Positions 19,329-28,339 of a DNA stretch of 64,000 nucleotides are shown here, piece after piece. How positions within the stretch are numbered: the first letter of the stretch is position 1; each line of letters starts with the position of its first letter. The DNA is taken from the IMG/VR virus record IMGVR_UViG_3300042860_000278. The stretch is one strand, 5' to 3'. The notes under the pieces are model-generated. The model was not told the DNA's origin, ran no database searches, and was given only the letters and a program-made list of their open reading frames with translations. The stretch comes from an uncultured virus (IMG/VR IMGVR_UViG_3300042860_000278) (taxonomy: Duplodnaviria > Heunggongvirae > Uroviricota > Caudoviricetes). The translations under genes were made by a program, and so were the position numbers.

Positions 19329-20237
19329 TCACCAAGTAATTGAGCCAGAACCAGTAAACCGATAGATTTTGTACCCACCGGAAACAGTTAAACTGGGTGA
19401 ACCTGTGGTAGCAGATGCGTTATCAAAACTATCAGAATATCTAATGATCACTACACCAGAACCGCCACTTCCACCCGCTTTTGGACCATTAGTACCACCC
19501 TGCCCTCCATTACCTGAGTTCGCAGCGCCCGAACCACCGCTACCGTAAAACGAGCCACCTGCATAACCGCCCTGACCATAAACCACCGAAGTACCAGTAA
19601 TAGATGAAGCCTTACCGGGTCCGGCTTCTCCCGGCGGATTAGAAGGACCAGCAGTACCATTAGCACCGCCACCGCCGCCAGAACCATACGCTTGTCCGGG
19701 CGATCCAAAAGAGTTGTTACCTGCGAAACCTTGAGCAGGATTAGTAGACGGAGTATTTCCTGCTCCACCAGAACCAAGATAAACAGGGAAACCTGTAGCA
19801 CTAGGGCTTTCGCCACAAGCACCGCCGCCGCCGCCAGAACCGCCGCTACCACCATTAGTAGCGTAACCTGATACATCACAGTCATAAGGCTCAATGGCTC
19901 CGCCACTTCCACCTCCGCCACCCCCTGCGGAAGTAATGGTAGAAAACACTGAACTAGTACCACTACTACCGCCGTTACCGTACGCGCCCCCGTCTGTTCC
20001 ACCTGCTCCACCGCCACCAACCGTGACGGTATAAGTTGTTCCTTTAGTTATAGAAAATCCAGTCGCAGTGCGAAAGCCGCCACCGCCACCACCACCGCCG
20101 TACCATGTCCATCCGCAAAATATATAATATTGGCCGCCAGCACCACCACCGGCAGCGCCAGCAACAACGAGATATTCAACGCTAGTTGGTGGATTGCCGT
20201 AACTACCGCCAATAAATAATTGCTGTAACCCGCTCAT
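19329..20237 (-). CDS. Glycine-rich tail/receptor-binding protein
   Basis: VEYLVVAG...GGGGG, Y.VTVGGGG, GG.GGSGVVIIRY and Y.FTGSGSITW motifs. Confidence 0.75.
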   Translation of the reverse strand: MSGLQQLFIGGSYGNPPTSVEYLVVAGAAGGGAGGQYYIFCGWTWYGGGGGGGGFRTATGFSITKGTTYTVTVGGGGAGGTDGGAYGNGGSSGTSSVFSTITSAGGGGGGSGGAIEPYDCDVSGYATNGGSGGSGGGGGACGESPSATGFPVYLGSGGAGNTPSTNPAQGFAGNNSFGSPGQAYGSGGGGGANGTAGPSNPPGEAGPGKASSITGTSVVYGQGGYAGGSFYGSGGSGAANSGNGGQGGTNGPKAGGSGGSGVVIIRYSDSFDNASATTGSPSLTVSGGYKIYRFTGSGSITW

Positions 20238-21751
20238 GTGAGATTACCTGACAAGATGCAGTAAGACGGATTAATGAAAAGGACATTGGCGATACCACGA
20301 GTAGAAAGTGTCAAACTAGCTCGGTCGGTATTGGTTCCAGCAAGGTACGCCGTTGTAATCGGGCAGTTAATGCTGATGTTGCCAGTCGTATCGTTGTAGA
20401 TAGAGATAGCATTACCTGCCGTGAACGTGTTATTGGGTACCGTGATACTGCCGCCCGAACCGACCGTGACGAACTCGCCAACGTCAGAGACAGTCAAAGT
20501 GTAGGCCGAGGTCTTTGCAGCACCGGCTGATGGGATGTCACGGACGTTACCCGCAACGTCAGAAATAGTTCCTGATACAGCAAGTGTGGTGCTAGGAGAA
20601 GTCGTTTTAATCCCGACGTTGCCGGTAGACGTAGCAATACGCATACGCTCCGTTCCATCGGTGGCAAGCACAAGGTTATAGCCGTTGTTAGTGGTAAACG
20701 ACGCAATAGAGTCATCACCCATTGCAACACCCAGCGCATTGGTGCCGCTGTTCTGCCACATCTCAATAAAATTACCAGCGTCGTTTCCCCATGTGGCGGG
20801 AGCGTCAAAGTTGTTAGTTACTCTATACGATATACTTGCCGTACCAATTCCCACATTCCCCGCAAAATAATTCGCTGCCGTCCCGTTTGCATAGAAGTTC
20901 CAGCGGTTAGAGCCAGAGGCGATGTTGCTGTAGAAGCCGTAGTTGTTGGTGGCAGATGTCATTGCATCTGCAAAAAACCCATAATTATTAGTAAGCGTGG
21001 CGCCAGAGCCTAATGTGACGTTGGCTGCTCCATACTGATAAACATTTGTTGTTGCTGTAGATGCGGCAATTGACGGAAGCGAACGAAAAACGTAAGCACT
21101 ACTCGTAATGGCGCTAGGCACTTCCATTGCTACGGCTATGCCGTTTGTGTTGGTGTTGCCGCCTAAAACCGGGAAACTTCCCAGCAATTGAGTTTTTACG
21201 TTGCCGCCCGCCGTCCCGCCGATCCCGACGTTGCCCGACGTATCGCTAATAACAATCGCCGCCGTGCCGTCCTTTGCCTTGACGTTCGTAACTTCTACGT
21301 TGGTAGCGTCAAGAGTCGTAACCGTTAAACTGCTCGGAATCCCGGTCAGATAACTCGTTGCCTCAACAATATCCGTACCATTCGACACCAAGATGACCTT
21401 GGCACCGGCTGCAACAGAGACGCCGGTCTGACCAGCAACTTTGACGGTCACTGCGCCTGAAGCGTTGTTATAGATGAAGTAGAGTTTCTTGTTAGACGGC
21501 ACGATCAGGTTTGTGCTGGCCCCACCGGTTCCCGTCAGTTCGATGAACATGTTACGGGCGACACCGGTCGCGCCGTTCGGGATCGTGATGGTCGTGTCAG
21601 TGCCGGTCGATACGGCCTGAGTGACGTAACCTGAGATGGCTTGCTCAATGAGCGTGCCGAGGTTCGTATTAGTGGTGTTACCCCACGTACCGGCTTGGTC
21701 GCCCGTGCCGATCAGTTCAAGGGCCAAATTAGTTGAATATGTACTAGCCAT
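20234..21751 (-). CDS. Tail fibre protein
   Basis: MASTYS..L.LELI.TG.Q.GTWG.TTN.N N-terminus; repeated GNVGIGT and ERMRI fibre motifs. Confidence 0.8.
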   Translation of the reverse strand: MASTYSTNLALELIGTGDQAGTWGNTTNTNLGTLIEQAISGYVTQAVSTGTDTTITIPNGATGVARNMFIELTGTGGASTNLIVPSNKKLYFIYNNASGAVTVKVAGQTGVSVAAGAKVILVSNGTDIVEATSYLTGIPSSLTVTTLDATNVEVTNVKAKDGTAAIVISDTSGNVGIGGTAGGNVKTQLLGSFPVLGGNTNTNGIAVAMEVPSAITSSAYVFRSLPSIAASTATTNVYQYGAANVTLGSGATLTNNYGFFADAMTSATNNYGFYSNIASGSNRWNFYANGTAANYFAGNVGIGTASISYRVTNNFDAPATWGNDAGNFIEMWQNSGTNALGVAMGDDSIASFTTNNGYNLVLATDGTERMRIATSTGNVGIKTTSPSTTLAVSGTISDVAGNVRDIPSAGAAKTSAYTLTVSDVGEFVTVGSGGSITVPNNTFTAGNAISIYNDTTGNISINCPITTAYLAGTNTDRASLTLSTRGIANVLFINPSYCILSGNLT

Positions 21752-21762
21752 CTTTAGTTACC

Positions 21763-22596
21763 TCACGCCGCGATTTGCGTCCAGTTCGCGTTCTGGTTTG
21801 TATTAATTAAGCCCCATACGTTAGCAGCGGGCGATTGAGAACCAATACTACCTATCGCAGAAACCCCTGTAACCGGGTATGCAACTTCAACACTTACCGT
21901 ACCGACCGCGCCTGTTCCGGACACTCCGGTGACGAGGTATATAGAGTTCTGAACCGCATCGCCAAGTTCAGCAGTACCTGCAACAGCTGTAACAGCCAGA
22001 ATCTGATCTGTTACGAACGATAGCGTCCCGGTCTCTCCAGTTGCCTCAAGTCCGGTTACAGCCAGAACTTGATCAGTGAAGACCGCTACATCGCCTAGTT
22101 CACCGGTCGCTGCGAGTCCAGTAATAACCTGAGTGTGCCCAGAGATAACAGTAAAGTTACCAATCTGGAATGTGCCCTCAACTCCCGTAACCGACAAAAT
22201 CTGATCAGTGACAAGCGATACCGTACCAATCTGTCCAGACGCCGAAACGCCTGTAACCGGTACGATAAGTTCAAGGAAGACCGTTACATCGCCAGTCTCA
22301 CCTGTTCCTACAACACCATCTTCAATAACAATGGCATCAGCAACGACAACTTCATCACTCAGAATTGCCTGAGCTTCTAGCCCTGTGACAAGAATGACCT
22401 GATCGGTATTAACAAATACCGTACCGAGTTCACCCGTCGCCCCAAGGCCGGTGACTGCAATAACCTGATCTGTGACAAGCGCAACAGTGCCTACCTCACC
22501 GGTACCGGTGAAGCTTACAGAAGCTGTGCCCCAACCACCTTCGCCCCATCCTGTAATGGAGTTCCAGCCGTCAAGGGCTACCACTACGTCTGTCAC
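21763..22596 (-). CDS. Repeat-rich virion protein (VTG..ATG..G.V repeats)
   Basis: About ten ~23-aa Val/Thr/Gly repeats; GWG..GWG N-terminus. Confidence 0.65.
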   Translation of the reverse strand: MTDVVVALDGWNSITGWGEGGWGTASVSFTGTGEVGTVALVTDQVIAVTGLGATGELGTVFVNTDQVILVTGLEAQAILSDEVVVADAIVIEDGVVGTGETGDVTVFLELIVPVTGVSASGQIGTVSLVTDQILSVTGVEGTFQIGNFTVISGHTQVITGLAATGELGDVAVFTDQVLAVTGLEATGETGTLSFVTDQILAVTAVAGTAELGDAVQNSIYLVTGVSGTGAVGTVSVEVAYPVTGVSAIGSIGSQSPAANVWGLINTNQNANWTQIAA

Positions 22597-22609
22597 AGAC
22601 GTAGCCTAC

Positions 22610-23065
22610 TTAGGCGATGCGAAGGATCGCAGTCGAAGCAGCAGCAGCCGGGAACTGGATGGTGAAGTTACCAGCCGTGGAGGTCTTGTCACCGCCAAAA
22701 GCCAGAACCGCAACAGCCTTGTTACCTTGCGTAGCGTTGTAGATCAACGCACCGTTCGCCGTGATCGTCGCGCTCGGGAAGGTCAAGTCATCGAAGTCGA
22801 TGAAAGACGTTGTGCCCGATGAAGTCGGAGCCTGCGAGATCGTCAGCGTCAAGCCGCCAGCCGGGTAGTTCGTACCAGACGAGGACACTTCATCCGTCGT
22901 GCTATACGCCGTGGTAGCAGCACCCAACGTGGCCGAAGAAGTGAACAGCGCAAGCTTGAACACATCCGCAGCCGCCGAAGCGCGAACGACACCTGAACCA
23001 AAATTGTGTACGCCCTCAAGGATTTGAACCTTGAAGCTCGTCGCCATTGCCTGAGTAATAGCCAT
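22610..23065 (-). CDS. Virion structural protein (MAITQAM.TSFK family)
   Basis: FKLAL.T, Y.AGG..L, A.GALIYN and FG.DKTS motifs; GGAG SD. Confidence 0.65.
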   Translation of the reverse strand: MAITQAMATSFKVQILEGVHNFGSGVVRASAAADVFKLALFTSSATLGAATTAYSTTDEVSSSGTNYPAGGLTLTISQAPTSSGTTSFIDFDDLTFPSATITANGALIYNATQGNKAVAVLAFGGDKTSTAGNFTIQFPAAAASTAILRIA

Positions 23066-23313
23066 TATAGGTCTCCAATTAAATGTGCAATTTCCGAATA
23101 ACCCTGTTTATCTAGCTTCTTGCATATTTCCTTACGCTCAGCCTCTTGTGCTTCACTAAGGTACTTAACAAGCCAATAGTGCAGGGCTTCTTTCGTATCA
23201 ACGCTGAGAATACGGTTGGCCGCACGCTCTGCGATCTCATCTACAGTATGCCCGCGATGATCCGTGGTCTGTACAAAGACATCACCAATTTCTGTACTTC
23301 CGTTAAACATCAA
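23065..23313 (-). CDS. Hypothetical protein
   Basis: Translationally coupled on both sides within the late operon. Confidence 0.65.
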   Translation of the reverse strand: MMFNGSTEIGDVFVQTTDHRGHTVDEIAERAANRILSVDTKEALHYWLVKYLSEAQEAERKEICKKLDKQGYSEIAHLIGDL

Positions 23314-23948
23314 GTCACCGGAATCCTAACTTGTCCAGAACGATACGCATCCTGACGATCCAGACCGTCGCCAAGACGTTTGAGGAGTGCTAATGACTCC
23401 TGATACTTATTCTCGTAGTACTGCATTAAATCGGGATCACCTTTGAGATACGTGTAGCCCTCACGGATACAGCCGTAAAGAAGTACCGTCTCAAAGTTAT
23501 CGCTCAACCACGTATTACCTACGTTCACGATAGACGCCGGGTAATAGTAGTAATGCAGTTCAGCCGTATATGCCTGATCGGGAGTCGGCCCAAGGATCAT
23601 GGTGTTGTCGTCCCAGATCGCGTAGTACTTGGGCTTGCCATAACTATTCGGCGGCGGATACGCAGCGCGGATGTAGTTCACATCCTTGTTCAGCAAGTAC
23701 TCGTACTCGCCCGTGATCGGGTCAATCACGGCCAGCGAAAACGTCGAGAGCCAGTCCGAGGGCAACTGGAAGTACGGGAAAGTATTCGTCATTGTTCCCG
23801 TGACGTTCTTACGGATGGCCGGGATTTGAACGGAGTTGTAAATCCGCTCTTCAGCTAACTGCACAAAAGTCGGGATATTAGCCACGAAGCTTTGCTCCGT
23901 GGACTCACAGTAATCCTGAATCAGTGTAGAAAGCTGCGTGTAATTCAC
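23310..23948 (-). CDS. Head-tail adaptor / tail tubular protein A-like
   Basis: MNY..L...IQDY, AE.RI, LP.D.L, G.P.YYA, GPTPD..Y and LLYG motifs. Confidence 0.7.
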   Translation of the reverse strand: MNYTQLSTLIQDYCESTEQSFVANIPTFVQLAEERIYNSVQIPAIRKNVTGTMTNTFPYFQLPSDWLSTFSLAVIDPITGEYEYLLNKDVNYIRAAYPPPNSYGKPKYYAIWDDNTMILGPTPDQAYTAELHYYYYPASIVNVGNTWLSDNFETVLLYGCIREGYTYLKGDPDLMQYYENKYQESLALLKRLGDGLDRQDAYRSGQVRIPVT

Positions 23949-24142
23949 GGCGACCAGCCCGACCTGTACTTGGCGTTGTTCTCAAGATTGATCTGCGACA
24001 CGAACTTCTTACCCTTCGTCGCAGCACCAGCACCCTTCATATCCATGTGGGTGACGCCCTTGTTCACATCCTTCTCCGGGTAGCCATTACGCCCCGTCGA
24101 GTCGGTGTTCGGTCGGATTTTGCCGGGATTTAATTCTTTCAT
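23945..24142 (-). CDS. Small basic protein
   Basis: 65 aa with a KGAGAATKG motif; coupled to neighbours. Confidence 0.6.
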   Translation of the reverse strand: MKELNPGKIRPNTDSTGRNGYPEKDVNKGVTHMDMKGAGAATKGKKFVSQINLENNAKYRSGWSP

Positions 24143-24147
24143 GGCAC

Positions 24148-24324
24148 TTACCTCGGGCCAGAGGACTTACGGACGGGGCTGCGTTGGTTCATCACCTTCG
24201 CCATATTCCGGCCATATTTCTTCATCTCGCTGTTGGTCTTGCCACCAGCACGAAAGCCCTTAGCGTTTTTGCCGTGGGCCTTGTTCGCCGGAAGTTTGGC
24301 GTGTTCCTTCAAAGTCATAGCCAT
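24148..24324 (-). CDS. Small basic protein, 58 aa (MAMTLKEHAK...FRAGGKT...)
   Basis: Below the ORF cutoff; AGGAG SD; fills the operon gap. Confidence 0.7.
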   Translation of the reverse strand: MAMTLKEHAKLPANKAHGKNAKGFRAGGKTNSEMKKYGRNMAKVMNQRSPVRKSSGPR

Positions 24325-24333
24325 CTCAGTCTC

Positions 24334-24711
24334 CTAGGTCGTAACGACCGTCACCGTTCCTACTTCACCGAACGGCGCTAAATCATTAGGCGTCAGTCCG
24401 GCATCATCCGCTCTGGCCCCGCCCACGGGTGCCCAGCCCCATTGTATCTGACGGCTACCATTGGCACCGTCATTACCGACCGCAAAGTAACTCGTGTCCG
24501 GTCTCGGGTTCCGTAGAGCCTGCGGGTCATCCACAGGATACAGACCAAGAGACAACTGGGGTTGGTCAGGCTCCCAGCACTCCGGACAGACCAAGATATT
24601 CACGTTCTTGGTCTTGATCACAATCGACTTCAACTGGCGCAGTTTGTACTGAAACCCGCACCGGTCGCACATCGCAATCGCGTGTTTGCCACTTGCAAAC
24701 CTGTTTGGCAT
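24334..24711 (-). CDS. Zn-ribbon-containing late protein
   Basis: CDRCG ... CPECW motif, followed by DPQALRNPRPD. Confidence 0.7.
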   Translation of the reverse strand: MPNRFASGKHAIAMCDRCGFQYKLRQLKSIVIKTKNVNILVCPECWEPDQPQLSLGLYPVDDPQALRNPRPDTSYFAVGNDGANGSRQIQWGWAPVGGARADDAGLTPNDLAPFGEVGTVTVVTT

Positions 24712-25436
24712 TAGTAACCACCCAAGAAGCTCTCACGTGGGACAAACCGAACCGCCGCCTTTTCCCGGTCCTCGCCTGCCGCCAAATCCCAAGCTTCGTT
24801 GTATTCAGCCTTCAGCAGTGCCGTGCGTTCCGCCGCACCGGGAATCTTCATCGACAGCATGTAGGCCAGCCCCGCTACCATGCAGGGCAAGAACCGAAAC
24901 GGGATATCCTGTCCGTTCACACCCGTACCGGGGTCAAACATCCGGCGCAGGCGGGTGTAGTACAGAATCCAAGTCGTGCTGTTATCGGGCTTCGGCCACA
25001 CCGTAAATTGCGGGTAGACAATCACATTATCCGCACCCGTGGCACCCGTACGACGATTGATCCAAATCTGAATCGGGCGACCCGTCGCATTCTTGTTCGG
25101 GATGGAGACGTAGGTACTGGACGAAATGCGTGAGATATTGATGTCCTGCTGATTCGTACCAGACCCAGTCCGGATCACATGGTCCAGCAGGTCTACCGTA
25201 TCTACCGGCAGATCATACGTACCGACGTTGTAGGTCAGCGTCTTGGTGCCTTCCTCTAGCGTCCAGAGGTTGATACCCCGATTAGCCCAGTCCATCAGAA
25301 GCAAGGCAAGACTACGCTTCGACGTACGGAAGTCGTAACCCGTACGCAGCTCAGCGCCACAACGCTCGTAAGCTTCCTCAATGATGGTATTGAGGTCGAG
25401 GTTAAAGTCGGTTGTAGCTGTAGTCTTGTCAGCCAT
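24711..25436 (-). CDS. Putative head-completion/adaptor protein
   Basis: IIEEAYERCG, WANRG.NLW, PNK...GRP.Q and GLAY motifs typical of podovirus adaptors. Confidence 0.6.
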   Translation of the reverse strand: MADKTTATTDFNLDLNTIIEEAYERCGAELRTGYDFRTSKRSLALLLMDWANRGINLWTLEEGTKTLTYNVGTYDLPVDTVDLLDHVIRTGSGTNQQDINISRISSSTYVSIPNKNATGRPIQIWINRRTGATGADNVIVYPQFTVWPKPDNSTTWILYYTRLRRMFDPGTGVNGQDIPFRFLPCMVAGLAYMLSMKIPGAAERTALLKAEYNEAWDLAAGEDREKAAVRFVPRESFLGGY

Positions 25437-25849
25437 TACTTCCTCGCTGTCACTACGTCGTCACCTTTGGTGACGGTGACATGATCGCCTTCTACATCAA
25501 CCCGCATCGGCTGTTCCTTTCGGTCCAGCTTATCGAGCTTCTTGATGAGTTCGTTAATAACTGCAAACTCAGGCTTCTCTTCTTTCTCAACCGTGCCTGC
25601 AATCCCGTTCAGCATCGAAATCAACGCAGTCAAAGACGCGCCAAGCAAGCCCATCACGGCGGCAATCTTGTCGTTGTCCAAGAAGAGACTAGAAACAACA
25701 CCAATCACGACGATAGCCGTAATGTACTTCAGGCCGTCTTTGCCGATAGCTTTACCAGCAACAGTCTTCGCAGACGCCTTGGCTTCAAGCCGATTTAACT
25801 CGGCCTGAACCTGCTCTTTGAACATTTCGATGTCGTGTGGCTCAGTCAC
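25436..25849 (-). CDS. Two-TM membrane protein
   Basis: Hydrophobic segments YITAIVVIGVVSSLFL and IAAVMGLLGASLTALISML. Confidence 0.6.
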   Translation of the reverse strand: MTEPHDIEMFKEQVQAELNRLEAKASAKTVAGKAIGKDGLKYITAIVVIGVVSSLFLDNDKIAAVMGLLGASLTALISMLNGIAGTVEKEEKPEFAVINELIKKLDKLDRKEQPMRVDVEGDHVTVTKGDDVVTARK

Positions 25850-25852
25850 TTC

Positions 25853-26098
25853 TTACTTGCCCCTTTGACGATACGCACGGGTTTTCTGCGAGATGCCTTT
25901 GGGCTGCGCGACGAACTGCTTGCCTTGGGCTTTTCCTCGGCGCTTGGCGGCAGTGGTTCGGGCGTACTCAGCAGGGCTGAGAGCTTTAATCGCAGCCTCT
26001 GGTAGATATCTTTCACCCGTATCAGAAGATCGTTTACCACTCTTTGTCCTCCACTTCTGGGCAGTCCATGCCTTCAAGGATTGCTGCGGGGCTTTCAT
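25853..26098 (-). CDS. Small basic protein (Q.SLK.W..QKW.TK...RYLP family)
   Basis: Very Lys/Arg-rich; ATGA-coupled to the upstream gene. Confidence 0.7.
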   Translation of the reverse strand: MKAPQQSLKAWTAQKWRTKSGKRSSDTGERYLPEAAIKALSPAEYARTTAAKRRGKAQGKQFVAQPKGISQKTRAYRQRGK

Positions 26099-26391
26099 GA
26101 CGTATATCCGCCGCCTTTTTCCTTATACCGCTTAGCCAACAACTGCGCCTTACGAGCCGACCATTGACCTGCCGCCGTGCCCTGAACAGCACTATTCTTG
26201 ATGCTGTTGAACAATGCTTTACGCATACTGGGCTTGGTGTAGTTACCGGCTTGGTTGACCTTGCTCTCGCCGCCTTCTTTGAAAGTACGGATGGGCTTGC
26301 CCGTCCCGATCACAGGCTTTTTATCCCCGCGCCGCTTAGCACGGGGGATCTTTTTAGGGTTAATGTCACCCATGCCTCGGGACGCCATCAT
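26095..26391 (-). CDS. Small basic protein (NYTKP...GQWSARKAQL family)
   Basis: Recognisable motif; also contains FKEGG. Confidence 0.7.
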   Translation of the reverse strand: MMASRGMGDINPKKIPRAKRRGDKKPVIGTGKPIRTFKEGGESKVNQAGNYTKPSMRKALFNSIKNSAVQGTAAGQWSARKAQLLAKRYKEKGGGYTS

Positions 26392-26744
26392 CAGACAATC
26401 TTCCCGCGAGTCTTGCCTTTAACAGCACAGCCGTCAGCACGTTTGGAAGCGGAACCACCTTCCGAGAACTTCTTAAATCCGTACTTAGGACCGAACTTCG
26501 GCATCCGACGCTTACTCGCTTTGAGCATACCGCCTTTTTTGAAAACGCCTCGGCCTTTCAAAACGTCAGCACGAGTAACTTTGCCGTCACCCGTCAGATC
26601 AGGCATGCCGCCACCGGCTAACTTTTTTTCTGACTCTTCATCCGGCATATCAAGGCTTTTGCCCGGTGCTCGCACCGCAGCCATGTAAATGCCACGAGGA
26701 CTAGTTGGGCCGATTGCCTTACGAGTCTTAGGACCACTGCTCAT
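26391..26744 (-). CDS. Small basic protein with a DxTGDGKVT.AD loop
   Basis: Start moved to the ATG of a TAATG overlap; LAGGG, FKKGG and FSEGG motifs; ADG.A.KGKT.G tail. Confidence 0.65.
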   Translation of the reverse strand: MSSGPKTRKAIGPTSPRGIYMAAVRAPGKSLDMPDEESEKKLAGGGMPDLTGDGKVTRADVLKGRGVFKKGGMLKASKRRMPKFGPKYGFKKFSEGGSASKRADGCAVKGKTRGKIV

Positions 26745-27124
26745 TAGCATTTACCGCCGTAGTTCATACGAACCATCTTGCCCTTGGTCTTGCCCTTGCT
26801 GGCAATACCGTCAGCTGCACGACGATAAGAGCCGCCAACCGAGCCACCCTTAGCAAAACGAGTATTACGTTGCTGGACGGGGCCTTCATCTTGGAACTTG
26901 GGTGGTTTGAACGGAAGCGGGGCAGGTTCTCCACCCATCGCCATTTTCTTGACGCCCTTCTTTTTCATGAAGGCCACTTCTTTCTTCATCATTGCCTTGG
27001 TGTCGCCCCCCTTCTTCATTCCCGGCGGACGAGCCATAGCACGGCCAACCATGTCAGGAGTTGCGCTAGCGGGCATAGCACGGCCAGCTTTCGACATATT
27101 AATTGCTCTGCGGGACATTCCCAT
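26744..27124 (-). CDS. Small basic Met/Lys-rich protein
   Basis: MKKGG, MAMGG, FAKGG and MNYGG motifs; ADGIASKGKTKG tail. Confidence 0.7.
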   Translation of the reverse strand: MGMSRRAINMSKAGRAMPASATPDMVGRAMARPPGMKKGGDTKAMMKKEVAFMKKKGVKKMAMGGEPAPLPFKPPKFQDEGPVQQRNTRFAKGGSVGGSYRRAADGIASKGKTKGKMVRMNYGGKC

Positions 27125-27126
27125 GA

Positions 27127-27270
27127 TTATTTCCTCTTGAACTTGCGACCCTTGTCAGCCTTCATGAACTCCTTCCCAACCTTCTGGGGGACTCCAAGAC
27201 GTTTGGCTGCTTTCGGGTCGTTAGCAACCAAGGCCATCAAACGATGTTGTTTACCCGACTTGCTTGGCAT
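27127..27270 (-). CDS. Small basic protein, 47 aa (MPSKSGKQHRLMA...VGKEF..ADKG)
   Basis: Below the ORF cutoff; fills the gap; recognisable phage peptide pattern. Confidence 0.7.
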   Translation of the reverse strand: MPSKSGKQHRLMALVANDPKAAKRLGVPQKVGKEFMKADKGRKFKRK

Positions 27271-27499
27271 TGTGATTCACCAATCTGTCTATTTTCTGCT
27301 CCAGCCGGTCAAGCCGGTCAAGAAGCATCTGGGCATCGGCTCGGACTTCCGCACGGGTGACATGATCACGAGCCACTTCTTCTCGGGTCTTGTTGAGGAG
27401 AATCCCCAAACGTTGAAGTTCGGCAAATTTCTCTTTCACAACAAAACCCAAAACGGCCACGATTCCCGTAAGAACCATGTTCCATACCAACATTTCCAT
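27251..27499 (-). CDS. Single-TM coiled-coil protein
   Basis: N-terminal hydrophobic helix, then LDRLDRLEQKIDRL. Start set at the ATG just after the upstream stop. Confidence 0.65.
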   Translation of the reverse strand: MEMLVWNMVLTGIVAVLGFVVKEKFAELQRLGILLNKTREEVARDHVTRAEVRADAQMLLDRLDRLEQKIDRLVNHNAKQVG

Positions 27500-27500
27500 C

Positions 27501-27755
27501 TCAGCAGTTCCATGCTCGTAAGGACTTGTTGATACGACTGTTGGGATCATTGGCTGTCTTGGCACTCGTAAGCTTTTTCTTCATTCCGGTCATTCTCGCG
27601 CAGAATGATTTCTTACGAGCGCCACCTTCCGGCTGCGGACGTTTCAGCCCCGGCTTACCGGGGTTAGCGCGGTTATAAGAAGCCCGACCTTTGGCATTTA
27701 AGCCGCCAGCAGGGTTTTTGCCTTCTTTGCGCTGCCAAGCCGGAGTTTTAGCCAT
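27501..27755 (-). CDS. Small basic protein (AWQRKEGKNP.GGLN...SFCARM family)
   Basis: Recognisable motif family; ends SLRAWNC. Confidence 0.7.
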   Translation of the reverse strand: MAKTPAWQRKEGKNPAGGLNAKGRASYNRANPGKPGLKRPQPEGGARKKSFCARMTGMKKKLTSAKTANDPNSRINKSLRAWNC

Positions 27756-28053
27756 AGATCACCATCGTCGAGACTACGGCTGACGGAGCGATATAGATGT
27801 TCTCTTGAAAGAGAAGACCTTCACCCGGCATCAGGACGTAATCCGGTGCGCTAGAACTAGCAAGAGTGTTCACGGTAATCTTGACCGGACCGCCCGATCC
27901 GCCATCGCGAAACACGACTTGCCCAGCCGAAGAGGTCGGGATGATGTAAATCGCTTTCACACGCGAACGGCCAATAACAAGGCTATTCTGGTCCAACAAC
28001 TGACCTGCATCAGTGCGGACCTTACTAGCAAGGACATCTGTTTGCATACCCAT
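27748..28053 (-). CDS. Small virion-region protein (MQTDV family)
   Basis: AGGAG SD; beta-rich; PGEGLLF motif. Confidence 0.65.
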   Translation of the reverse strand: MGMQTDVLASKVRTDAGQLLDQNSLVIGRSRVKAIYIIPTSSAGQVVFRDGGSGGPVKITVNTLASSSAPDYVLMPGEGLLFQENIYIAPSAVVSTMVIYG

Positions 28054-28076
28054 CTGAATCTCCTGTAATGGATGAA

Positions 28077-28092
28077 GGGGGCTTGCGCCCCC
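28077..28092 (-). terminator. GC-rich hairpin (GGGGGC-GCAA-GCCCCC) with a weak U tract
   Basis: Perfect 6-bp stem with GNRA loop just after the 28103 stop. Confidence 0.45.
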
Positions 28093-28102
28093 CTACGAAA
28101 TC

Positions 28103-28339
28103 TTACGGAGTCAGGCTGGAATACAGCGCGATGTACTTGACGGTCGATCCAATCTTGACCGGGATATAACCGGCTTGAGCCGAGACCGCGCCCGTGGCAA
28201 CACCGGCAGTGATCGTGGTCGTGCCGACAACAAGAGTGCCCGTTGCAGTGACCGTAACAGCGGCCACCAAATCGCCAGCGATATCGCCCTCGAAGCCATT
28301 GTCAGACTTAACCGGGCCGGAAAAAGTAGTACGTGCCAT
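28103..28339 (-). CDS. Probable capsid decoration protein (MARTTFSGPV family)
   Basis: Directly downstream of the major capsid gene; GAGG SD. Confidence 0.6.
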   Translation of the reverse strand: MARTTFSGPVKSDNGFEGDIAGDLVAAVTVTATGTLVVGTTTITAGVATGAVSAQAGYIPVKIGSTVKYIALYSSLTP

